From: Vicugna vicugna
Lineage: Eukaryota
NCBI GenBank assembly: GCA_013265495.1
Contig: MU058636.1
Location: forward strand, 8,329,425 to 8,393,424
Reading direction: 5' to 3'
Length of the DNA stretch: 64,000 nucleotides
This document shows positions 1 to 11,444 of this stretch, piece by piece. Position numbers and translations under genes: made by a program. Within the stretch, counting starts at the first letter, position 1. Each line of letters begins with the position of its first letter. Below the pieces are notes generated by a model. That model did not search any database and was not told where the DNA came from. It worked only from the letters and a program-made list of their open reading frames with translations.

Positions 1-59
1 ATGATATAATTCCTGGTATTAACTAGTATTAATTCACACCAAATTAGCGCTAAGATCTA

Positions 60-200
60 CATACATATTATCTCATTTAACCTGTATAAGAATCCTATAC
101 CATGCGTTATTTGTTCCATTTTGGAGTGAGAAAAACGAGTCTTAAACTCCCAAGATCACACAACAGTTTGTTGGAGGAGCCAAGAGTTCAAACCCAAATT
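60..200 (-). mobile_element. MIR SINE fragment
   Basis: tctcatttaacc...ccattt...ccaagatcacacaacag...ggagccaagagttcaaaccca resembles the reverse complement of the MIR core. Confidence 0.55.
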
Positions 201-301
201 CTAAAGCCAATATTGTAAAATACATTCAGTGATGCTCTAACAATGGAGTGTTTCAGTACGTAGGGAAATGTGTTGGGAACAGTGGATGGTTTAATTTAGC
301 C

Positions 302-433
302 AGATTACAATAAATATAGTGAATTATGTAAGACTGGAGGGTAGGAGATTACAATAAATATAGTGGATTATATAAGACTGGAGGGTAGGAGATTACAATT
401 AATATAGTGGATTATATAAGACTGGAGGGTAGG
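302..433. repeat. Minisatellite, 3 x 44-bp head-to-tail units
   Basis: Unit agattacaataaatatagtgRattatRtaagactggagggtagg starts at 302, 346 and 390, with few substitutions and no spacers. Confidence 0.95.
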
Positions 434-905
434 CTGGAGACACTATTTAGAGAGCTTTGAATGTGACAGGGAAGATCCAATACTTAACTGAGAAAGAAAT
501 GAGGACCTATGGAGGACTTTTATGAATATATGAGCTGTGGTACAGGAAGAGTGGAATAGATGAATTAAAGGAGGAAGAAAGATTTTTTTAAAAAGGGAGA
601 TGACTAAGAGGCTATTTTAACGTTCTCCTGTGGATGAGATCTAGGGCCCTGGTCATGAGAATACATGGTGAGTCTGTGTCTAGGAATGTTAAAGTCCTCA
701 CACGGCATTTATTAAGTCATGTGTTCAAGAGGAAGTTCTTAATGTGCCACTGTAAGGCGACCCTCCCATATGAGCAGGAGGGCACCACACATACCATAAT
801 CCGAATTCTGGGTTTGCTTTTCTGCCTGAGCCACACCTTTGCCATATTCTCCCTGCTTGTGACTTAGCTCTTGGCAGCTTTAGATTCCCTGGCTTTTGAC
901 CTCTG

Positions 906-1399
906 TGTTGTAAAATGTAGGCATTACTATTATTCAGACAGGGTGAGGCCAACTGACAAGGGAAGGATTGCCACTGAAAAAAGCGTTTGTTACTCACAGC
1001 TACAAAGAGGAGGAGGGCACATCACACCATACAGGGCCACATGAGGAAGCAGCAGGGGTGCTTAGGAGGCAGAGAGAGTGAGGGGAAAATGTGGGCAGGA
1101 GACTTTGCTGTGATTTCCACAGGAAGTCATCAGCGAGACAGGACGAGCACGTTGAAGTTTGGCTAGTGTGAATAATTTCAGTGGGCTCTAGGGTGTAGGG
1201 CTGTGTCTAGTTGTCTGGTACCTGGCCCTGGGGTAATCAGAGCAGGGGCCTCGCTGCCCAGAGTTGGGGAGCCCGACATTCAGGCCTTTTACTATTTCTA
1301 GGAATTGGCTAGTCCTGGGAGGGGCAGTCTCTCCAGGATCTGCAGGACCCCAAGCTGTTAAAGCATCAAGTACAGAAACTAGACAGAGTGGTTATTACA
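906..1399 (-). mobile_element. Old solo LTR (ERVL-like, subfamily not assigned)
   Basis: About 490-bp GC-richer block bounded by TG...CA that resembles recalled eutherian LTR sequence; no clear TSD. Confidence 0.5.
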
Positions 1400-2962
1400 C
1401 TTTTCCTCCTAGCTCATAATAGATCTGTTTAATCTTGACTCAGCAAAGTCAGACTTACTAACTGCTATTTTTTGAGCTTTCTGGCTTAGTCAGAGGCCCT
1501 TATTAATGGGCAGGAGGGGTGGGGAAAGAAGTTCCAGTGAGCCGGATCCCAGATCAACGTAGTGACCAAAATATTTATGTCTACAGTGGTACAGGCAGTG
1601 AGAAATGGAATTCAGATGTACTCAACTTGGTGTCACAGTCTGTATGATCTGTGGCACTGGTTAGTAGTTAACATACAGAATCAGTGTCCGTCCTTTATAC
1701 GGTAAAGTAACGCTAAGTTAGAAATTGGGGGAATTCGGTCTGTTCTCTTTGTTGACACTATGTGACTCTAAGTCACTGGCTTTCAGTTCTCTCCTTTATA
1801 AAGAAGGGCTTGGATTAGGTGACTGGTGAGGTTCTTCTAGCTTCCGCATTCCACAATAGTAACGCTAACACGTAAAAAATCATGAAATACATAAGGTACA
1901 GTACTTACAGGGGTTTCTTTTCATTTTTGACTTGATATACTGACTAGACAGATGTTTTTAGCTTTCAGCTCAAAATATTCTATTACATCCCTCATCCTTC
2001 CCTTCAAAAGAAGTGCAGTGTTAGGGAATTTATTACACATAACATAACATGTGTTTATGGTTCAGTATGACAGAACCCACTGTTTTTTTCCCCCAGTTTT
2101 GGGCAAAAAACAGCAACATGATCAGTGATTATGAATTCTGAGCCTAGCTTTCCATTTACAAACAATGAGGCTGAAAGCTATAAACATTCTGACTTCTGCC
2201 TGGGGAAGAGCTGAGTGTTCCAGCAAATGTACATTACACTGGAAAATCCAGGATTCATTTTTAATGTCCCCATAACATGCTGTTTCCACAGTTAGCCCTC
2301 AAGTTCACCGAATGTCCTCAGGATCTGGGGTGGCACTGTGCCTGGCAGGATTCCTACTGCCTCCTTAGAGCTGGACACATTGAAATAAAAGCTCTCATGG
2401 AATTAAGAACTGATTTAACATTTCCCTTCTTTTTTGGTTGCGATGAGGTGGGAAAATCAGTCTATTGACTTCTGAAATCCTAAGATGTTGATTTTTTTTT
2501 TGTAAAGCACTTGACACATGTACTTGCATCTTGGATGAGGAGAGGCAGGGCTGCTTATTTATACTGGCTGAGTAGCAATCTTTAAATTCATATTATAATT
2601 TCAGTGGCCCAAACAGGAGGAGACAAGTGGTGGTCTGTGAATGGTGTGATGAGGAGAAGGAGGAGGAGGGAAAAGGGAGTCTAGTTGAATTCTCAAGGGT
2701 GACTTATTTAGTAAGGTTTTCTTAACCTGAATTAAAAGAAAGCTCAGTAATATTGCTCTTTTACTTGTAAATTGTTAAGAGAATGTCTTAGGTCAAGTAC
2801 TCAGAAATGCAAATTAATAGAAGTTTAATGGTAGACTTTTCTTTATGCACAATCTAGTCCTCTGGTTTTCAGTACTTTTAAGTCAGAGGTGACAGTCCAA
2901 GGATTTTTTTGAAGTAGAGAATAAGCGTCCCCATCTTCTTGAAGTATCAGTTTTTACTTGTT

Positions 2963-3262
2963 TACCAAAATCCACTGATGCTCAAGTCCCTTATATAAAA
3001 TGGTATAGTATTTGCCTATAACCTACACACATCTTCCTGTATACTTTAAATCATCTCTAGATTCATTATAATACTTATTACAATGTAAGTTCTGTGTGAA
3101 TAGTTGTAAATACAACATAAATGCTATGTCAATAGTTGCAAATACATCGTAAATTTGTTTTGCTTTTTGGAAATTTCTGGAATTTTTTTTTTCCAAAAAA
3201 TTTTTGATATGGAGTTGATTGACTCCAAGGATGAGAAAGCCACAGATACAGAGGACCTACTG
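2963..3262 (+). mobile_element. MER2/Tigger2-type TcMar DNA transposon, 5'-truncated
   Basis: accaaaatccactgatgctcaagtcccttatataaaatgg...tactttaaatcatctctagatt matches MER2; ends in a degenerate TIR (gatacagaggacctactg) followed by TA. Confidence 0.85.
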
Positions 3263-6200
3263 TATTTATTTTTCTCTGTTGGGAGTTTGAGTCGCCAATC
3301 TAGACCACCCCTTTTACTTTAGAGTTTAGGAAATTGTGCCATAGAGATGTTAAGTTGCCAGAGCAACCCAAATCTGCAAACTCTGATGCTGTTCATTCAT
3401 TTGCCCAGTGAATATTTAGCATTTGCTCACTATGTTCAAGGTACTCTTCTTTGGTTCTACTGTCAGACAGGCTCCACCCTCACGGTCCCACGATGACAGG
3501 AACCATGCTGCAGCCCTTTACAACATCTCATTTTCACATCTAATGTGAGAAACAAAAATCTGTTTTCCGCAAATAACAGGAAGAGTTTATTGCATTGCAT
3601 CAGATCTGATTGGTTCATGTGCTTATTACAAAATCAGTCACCCTTTCTGGGGGATTGCAGTGCTTTGATTGGCTTATGCCAGGTCAGATGCTGCATCTCT
3701 TCCTGGATGGGGGGAACTCAGATGGTCAGAAAACAGGGGACAGATTGGTTTCCCTGAAGGAAAAACAGGTTATAGTTATGAAAGGAAAAGTGACTAAATT
3801 CTAGGTGTCAGAAATAAGAGGTGTGCAATAATAATCCTCCTATGACCAATAATAAGGATGATGATGATGATGATTTTTATAATTTAAAGAGCATAAATTT
3901 GGTTGTAATTTGGCAGACTTGGAGCCAAATTCAGCCTGCATAGTGGTCTTAAAAATAAGTTTGAATGGCTTTAGAGGAAGTAGCTTCCACATTGCACTCC
4001 TTGCTGTCTTTTGCTTCATTCACGCACGTTACTTGTGACCTAAGACTCCATTCAAGAGAGACTCTAAGATTCTTCAAGATCATAATTAAAAACTATTTTA
4101 AGAATGGTTATCAACCTACAGAAATAAACATGATACCCTCTGTACCTTAAGTGACTTGCTAATAATCTCTCCCTTCTCCAGGACGTTTTATGTATCATTG
4201 GTCAGTTGTATTATGAAATTTAGCACATTAGCAAATGGGCCCATGGGAAACCAGAACACTGTCTCACCATCCACATGTTTACTCCCCTGTCGCTGTGACA
4301 GTTTTCCCAGCAGTCTGTCCCTTTCTATCACGTCTCATTAACCCTGAGTAAACATAGCCTGTGCCTGGACTATCTCACAAGTAGGGTCTTTCTCCAAGCT
4401 GTATCGTTCAGTGTCACACAGAAGATAACCCCGGTGGAATGTCAGTTCCACGTGATCAGGATCTTTCTTTCATACACCATTCCTTCTTCAGCTCCTGGAG
4501 CGGTGCCAGGCATACAGCACGCACTTGGTATTTATTAAGATGAATGAATGGAGGACGTGTACCTAGTGTATGGGGCCAGAGTAAATAATACAGAGATAGT
4601 TTTATTTCTTTGTTTCTTCGTCTTAATGTGCAAACTTGGTGGTGGTGTCTTTCTTGCTTCTTTGCCTCCCCTGCTAGCAGGAGTCTTAGAAAGAACTGAC
4701 TTTCGTCCTTATACCATACCACTGATTTCCTGCATACACTTGGGCCAGTCTGGGTTGATCTGGGGAGGTTGGATGCCGTCAAAGAGAACTATGTTGATGC
4801 CTAAGGATGTTGTACCACACTGTAGTCACAACCTTTGTTTGTAAATTTCTGATATTATGGGGTGTAGTAAGACCGAGACCAGATGAAGTGGTTTCCTGTA
4901 CATGGTTACAGTTGCTTCTGTGTTGAATAACCTTACCCAGTGTAGAAGGATATGTGTTTATGGAGCTGGGCCTTACATACTGGAAGCTGGACTTCCAGGT
5001 AAAGACCTTATTATGTCAGACACTTCGTTCCCATCTGTATAATCCTGTATGAATTTGGGGGTTCAGAAGCTCACACCTCTCTCTATCTTGGACAGTATGA
5101 CTGATCTCTCTGCCCTGTGCCCTGATGGTACTCCCTTTGCTTTGTGACTTTTATATCAGTAAATTCTCTTTAATTTAACTAAGTTGTGCCATGTTTGGTA
5201 GTTCTACCAATGCAAGCCTGTAACTGACATTTAATGCAGTGGTTGTACGCTAGGGCTGTGGTGATAAACTTAGATGGTGATAAAGTTCTTCCTTTCTTAT
5301 ATTCAAGCAATTTGAAAAGGACTTAAAATATGATGGTTGATCTAGACTGACATCAGAAGTAGTCTGAATGAGTTTCTCTTTTATAGACAAAGGAACCAAG
5401 GTTAACGGCAGAAGAAATTCATACTGGCCATTCTAATTCTCTAATATGATAATATAGTTAAAGTGGAACATTCGTATATATATTTAATACGGTGGATCAG
5501 TCATTTAGTTTTCTTTTGGCAATAAACACAAAGTTTCTGCTCATAGAAAATACATTTTCTTCTAAAGGTACAATAATGATTTAGATATTTTAGTGTAACC
5601 TTAAAAAAAGGGAGAACATGACGTTTAGTTTGTTTATAACCACAGTATCTAAGTAATGACATTTTTAAGGCAAACAAAGACAAAAATAATTGACCACAAA
5701 ATTGAATATAAAATTCCTTTCTGATAAAACAAAGCTACTTCTCTGAGTTAGTGGGAAAAGAAGTAACAAAACTGTTTGTGTCTCTGGCGGTCATATTCTT
5801 TTAACTTAAGCATGCAGTGACTTCCTGCTCCAATAAAAGTACTAGCACAATGTCGAGGTTAGCATAGTGAGTCCAACTACAGAAGCCAAAAGAAGGGGAC
5901 TGATTTGATCAATCACGCGTAGATATAAAATGTGGTATAAAATACAGCTCTTAAGATAAATATTTGATAAATACAGCAGAGGTTCATAAAACTGACTTTT
6001 TAATATACTTTCAAGCTAAAGCACACTTTTATTTCTTTCTAAAAAACAAAGGCTTCTCCTCAAAGTTGAAGCTATAATTTATGTATTTACAAGGAGGAAA
6101 TATAATCCAGGTTTCTGAATAACGCAATTTTAAAATCCAATTTACAGAAATAAGAATGACTACCAATTTACAAATGACTGAGCTCCCACACTTGTACAAA

Positions 6201-6926
6201 TAAGCGACCTAGATTTCTGGGCATCTTACGTTGGTGGTATTTCCAGGAGGAGTAGTCCCCTGTAGTATGAAAAATCTATCAAAGAATGGAAACAAATGGG
6301 GGCGCTTCTGTGACGGGACACCTCTAACTTCAGCATCTGAGTTTACTTTCAGGCTAATCATGTGTTCTGCCAGCAGTGGCTTGGGTCAGGAGGGAGGGAG
6401 GGCTGTGGGCTGTGGAAACTGTGGAGATTGCGGGAAGAGAAATGCACAGAAAGGCAAGAAAGAGTTCCACAAAATTAGAGATGGCAATGACACGAGTTGG
6501 GAAAGCGGGCGATCCCTCCCGGCGTGTGTGTTTCCTTCCACCACGCCTTGGTCTGGGCTTTGCAGTCTCATCGTTCCCACACGGCCTTGGACGCCTGTCC
6601 CTCACTTTAAGAAAAGGCCTGATTCAAGGGAAATTCTAGATGAGCTTTGATGTTCCGAGTACATGGCGGGTAACTCTTTGTCCTTCCGTCTTTCCCTTCG
6701 AGTTGAGTCTTTCCTCTGCTTGTAGGTGTGGTTGAGAAGCCAGACACCCAATAGGACACCAGACGTGTGTGGCTGAGTGTGCTGCTTTCTTCAGGGCTGG
6801 CTTTAAGTAATGCCATTTCAGCTTGGTGTATAAAGACATTTAACAACTTGACAAAAAAGTGAAAAAGTTTTGTCAATACTTTCAGATGTCTAACTGTAGT
6901 TCATCTTATAGCCCAAATATCTGCAC

Positions 6927-7397
6927 TGTTACCAAAGGCAAGTTCATGCACCCACCGCACCATGAGGCCAAACCAACTGAAGTACAGGAGTTTGGAGCAG
7001 AGAAAGGTTTATTGCAGGGCCGAGTAAGGAGGACGGGGTGGCTCATGCCCAAGAAAACCCCAAACTCCCCAAAGGGTTTCATCAAAGCATATTTAAAGGC
7101 CACGTAAGGGAGGGAGTTGCAGGGTCTGTGATTAGCTTGTGCACAATTCTTTGGTTGATGTTCAGGTATTAGGGCGGTCAACACTATCAGCCCCTACGCA
7201 CTGGAAGTCTGGGGGCCACATGCTCTCAATCATCAAGTAGTTAATTTCTTCCCTTTGGTGGTGGTTTTAGCATCTGAAAAATCTCAGGAAATATACATGA
7301 GATACTATTATCTGGGTACTTCAGAAAGGAGCCATAGCAGAGGACATGGTAGAGGGGTCTGTCCTGGAAAGGCCCCATAGGGTCCTGCTTGGTTACA
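6927..7397 (-). mobile_element. ERV1-class solo LTR (471 bp) with 4-bp TSD
   Basis: TGTTACC...GGTTACA near-inverted termini; GCAC on both sides (6923-6926 and 7398-7401); AATAAA on the minus strand at 7008-7013. Confidence 0.88.
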
Positions 7398-8401
7398 GCA
7401 CAGTGGGCTGTTTTTATTCCCTTTCCTTTCATGTGCTTTGGAGTAAGTCAGTATATAGCTTCAAATTCACTGTTGCCTCTTAAGTCTTCACTTTCATTAT
7501 TCACTGTAGAATAGAAACTCTCCAGTTTCATCATTCCCATCCATGTAATGTAAGCACTTATAAGTATTGCTTCTAAAAAAATTTAAAAATGTATCTTGGA
7601 CCTTATTCCACTTGCTCACCTTGACTTGCATTAACTCCAGCCTGAGATACAAACCAGGTCCTCCAGGGTTAGTATCTTTTGCAGTTGTTAATATCTGTGC
7701 CTCAAATTTGATTGTGGACCAAGAGAGTCTGATAAATTTGGATGTTTGTAAGGGGAGAGTTTGGGGGTAACATTCACTCAACATTCTCAGCACAACATAA
7801 CAGGGAAGAAATCTTGGGGGAATGTCTCAACTTCCTTTCCCAGTTCACAGAGTTATGAGTCATAGCACAAAAGAATATTCTAACTTGGCTCTGTCTGTGA
7901 CCCTTGCCTTTGTTCCCAGCTTTCTCTTCACTGAAATCAAGATGTCACTCTAATAATTATGTTTTAATGCAAATTATTTTTCTCTCACCATGAACTATGC
8001 ATAAGCCCTCTATTTTAGTTGTGCCATCTGTATTCTCCTTTCAATGTTGTCATTTTCAGATAATCTGCAATAGCATGTGAATTACTGTTTGACTGGAGAT
8101 ACAGTGGTTCTTGCATGAGTGGCAGATCTACAGTCGTGTGTAGCATCCAACTCAAGCTGCATTTCCTCCTAGAAACTTTGACCAACACAGAGAGCTATTG
8201 CTTTGGTGGACTTAATACACCGGTCAAAGAAGGGACCATTTTCATGTGAATACATCAGAAGTATTAACACATAGCTCATCATGTAAAAGAATGCTAATAT
8301 AATAGCTTAAACCAAAACATCATTGATAATGCAATGTATTTTAAAAGAACAAACAAGAGATGATTTCAACTGAGACGTCTTCACTGAAAGATAGGATTTT
8401 T

Positions 8402-8614
8402 CAGAAGCCAAAGGCCACATATAAAATGATTCCATTTATGCTGAATGTCTACAAAAGGTAAATTTATAAAGATAGAAAGCAGATCAGTGGCTGCCTAGGG
8501 CTGGGGATGACAGCAGGGATTAACTGCAAATAGGCATGAGGAGACTGTGCCGAAACATGATTGTGGTGATGGTTACCAAGTTTATCAGTTCAGTAAAAAA
8601 AAGGAAAAGGAAAA
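8402..8614 (+). mobile_element. L1MB-type 3'-UTR fragment with A-rich tail and 16-bp TSD
   Basis: atgattccatttat...atagaaagcagatcagtggctgcctagggctgggg...gattgtggtgatggtt; GAAAGATAGGATTTTT at 8386-8401 and 8615-8630. Confidence 0.8.
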
Positions 8615-8924
8615 GAAAGATAGGATTTTTTTTTACTGAGCATTGAAAAAACATAGCCTTTTACTAGAAAGAGACGGAATAGAAGGAACTTCTGGGCATA
8701 CTGCATAAAATATATATGACTTTTTAGGGAACTGGGTAAACTACAGGGCGCCTGAGCTTACCTCAGTGAGAGGGCGCGGCATGGTTACAGTGGGAGAGGA
8801 AGACCAGAGCAACATCTCTGGGAGATTTTGAATGTCACCCTGCAAGGCTGAAACTTAGACAATGGAAAACAAGCTCTAAGATTTCATTAAAAGAGAGTGA
8901 CTCTTTTTGTTTGTTTGTTTGATA

Positions 8925-9340
8925 AATAACTTTGCTAACAGTTAGGAGACAGATGACACATTCAAATCAGGTAATTGGAGAAAAGCTTAATAAACGGATT
9001 CTGCAAGAAATGTTGGCAGAATGTATGAAAATCAAAAGAAATACAGCTTCTGGGACTTGAAACTAGGGTTTAGGTCAGGGTTTTACCATCCACAGCTCTA
9101 AACCGTACACTCTAGAGAGAGAGCTGTATAAAGAGGGCTGCCTGATAGAATCAAAGACATCAGGGCAGGAAAAAGCCCTGAGTTCACTCTCAGCCTGCTC
9201 TTTGGAGTCCTACCAGCATTTCCGAGTGGTCCAAACCGACAGGACAAGAGCTCTTGTTGATGTATTCCATGTATGTCAGCTTCCAGGGGAGAAGGGTGGA
9301 GAGTAGATCTGAAGGCACAAATGCGAGAGATTCACCACAG
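8925..9340 (-). mobile_element. LTR33-like ERVL solo LTR
   Basis: Minus strand reads ccttcagatctactctccacccttctcccc...agctgac at the 5' end and tttattaagc...aattacctgatttgaatgtgtcatctgtctcc at the 3' end, as in the recalled LTR33 consensus. Confidence 0.7.
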
Positions 9341-9359
9341 CTGAAGTTTGAAAAAAGTT

Positions 9360-9900
9360 TGGGATGGCAGGAGATGAGCGGGGCAATCAGGTGAATGAAG
9401 GAGATTACGGTAGTAGTCCGGGCAGAGATACGGAGTCTGACACAGATCAGCATTAATAATGATGGAAGAGAAGGCAAGATGGTATATGAACATAGAATTA
9501 CCAAGACTTAACACTGGTGCAGACGTAGGAGGAGAAAGAGAGGAACAAAACAGAGATGACTGGTGTGCACTCTCTCATTTCCCCAAAATACAGGTTACAG
9601 AAGAAAGAATTGATGTTTTTAGGGACGATAATGAGTTTAAGTATGGGGCAGTGAACACTGGACATTTGTCTCTGAGCCTGGGAAGCGAGATCAGAGCTGG
9701 AGAGGTTTACTTAAGTGTGATCTGCTCTTAAGTTGACAACTGAAGTGTGTAAATATTGTCCAGGAAGATACAGAGACATGTGAAATCAGGCCAAGCATAG
9801 AACTTCAGGGAATGTCAACATATAATGGAACAGTAATATGAATTGATCAAGGAAGCCAACAAATAGTCGTTAGGAACTGTCGGGGGAGAGGAGGCAGATA
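9360..9900 (-). mobile_element. L2 LINE remnant
   Basis: Purine-rich degenerate L2-like phrases (gtagtagtccgggcagagat; agatcagagctggaga; aactgaagt). Confidence 0.5.
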
Positions 9901-10520
9901 CTGAGGCAGGAGCCAAAAGGTGACAAAAACTTCAATGAGGAAAAGTCGTAACTTTCATATACGCTCCATAGTTAGAGAAGATTTGAGGAGAAGATTCAGC
10001 CTTGTTTTCTTCCATGTAGAATTCTGGATGACTTTTCTAGTTATAATTATTTGACATTTCTCTTTGGAGAATAGTCAATAATTTAATTCCTTAAATAAGT
10101 TTCTTTTGAGCATGTACTTTACATTGAGCTCTGAGATAAACAACCCTGAGGAAGTAAAATTGACATGGAATATACCATTGCTCTTTAGGGACTTAAAATC
10201 TTGTTGAAATTACTGGAACATAGCACAGGGCAATATATATATAATACAAAGTGAGACTGGATTGTTTTAAATGATAAAATGCATGGCCTAGAGAATTCTA
10301 TTGTCAGAAAAAAGAGAGACTAGTTTTACTTGCAGATGTAACAAAATATGCGCCAGGGTCTCTAGCTCCCAGCTCACTAGAATATATTAAGGCCACCACA
10401 AAGAAATATTGCTAACATTTCTTTGGTGTGACAGTAATTTCTTTTCCACTACAAAAATTTTTGAAAAGGGGAAACTGAAGTGTGAGTGAACAATAAAACT
10501 GCTTGGGATGAGTAAAACAT

Positions 10521-10778
10521 AGGGGAGAAATTTAGACAGGGATGGGCACACGGGGAGAACCCCATGTGAAGATTGGGGTTACGCAGCCACAAGCCAAGGA
10601 ACTGCCAGGAGCGAAGAGGGAGGGCTGGAACAGACCCCTCCTTAGAGCCTTCGGAGGGAGCGGTCCCTGCTGACACCATGATCTCAGACTTCTAGCTCCA
10701 GGACTGTGGGACATCCAGTTTTTGTGGTTTGAGGCACTCAGTGTAGTACTTTGTGACCTTGCTACGGCAGCCCTAACA
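10521..10778 (+). mobile_element. MLT1 (MLT1B-like) MaLR LTR, 3' part
   Basis: ccatgtgaagattgg...cacaagccaaggaactgcc...ctggaacagacccctcc...ccctgctgacacc...gacttctagctccaggactgtg...acggcagcccta. Confidence 0.85.
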
Positions 10779-11147
10779 CCGTCTTATTCACACTTAGGGT
10801 TTCAAACTACCATTAGAAGCCTACAGTTTTCCAGGGAGGAGATTTCCCAAGTGTGTGCCGGTGAACACTGGTCCCTGGAGAGGCTCCATAGAGAAGTGCA
10901 TTATGGCCAAATACCTGGAACCCTACAACACATTTAAAAAGTTGTCTCTCGGAGTCCTGCAGCCAAGAGGCCAGAATTCCTCCCATAATTGACCAAAGAA
11001 CACTTTTCATTATAACATGTCTTGAGACTTTTGTTCTGGAGATACGCAACTCTACTGCAATGAACTGAAGCCTTTCAAATTTTTATTGTCATTTGATTTA
11101 TTACAAAGGCAATGATTCATACAGATCAAATATATATATATATATTT

Positions 11148-11444
11148 TTTTTAAATTAACATTATCTTAAAATTTTGGAAAAATTTAACATTCTTTGTAA
11201 TAACTTGTAAGGCTTTCACACTTCCCCAAACACATTTTGCTAATTGCTGCCGTCTTGTTAGAGACATTTTATCAAACATGATTTCAAAATTATATTATAT
11301 ATATTTTTAAATTAACATTATCTTAAAATTTTGGAAAAATTTAACATTCTTTGTAATAACTTGTAAGGCTTTCACACTTCCCCAAACACATTTTGCTAAT
11401 TGCTGCCGTCTTGTTAGAGACATTTTATCAAACATGATTTCAAA
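11148..11444. repeat. Tandem duplication: two identical 141-bp copies, period 156
   Basis: 11148-11288 equals 11304-11444 by eye; each copy is preceded by a (TA)n-T run of different length. Confidence 0.93.

Noticed and set aside
302..433. CRISPR-like array
   Set aside because: The units are contiguous with no unique spacers, there are no cas genes, and the context is mammalian.
4860..5229. Possible old LTR ending in ...actgaca
   Set aside because: Only a vague resemblance; no family, clear 5' end or TSD could be supported.
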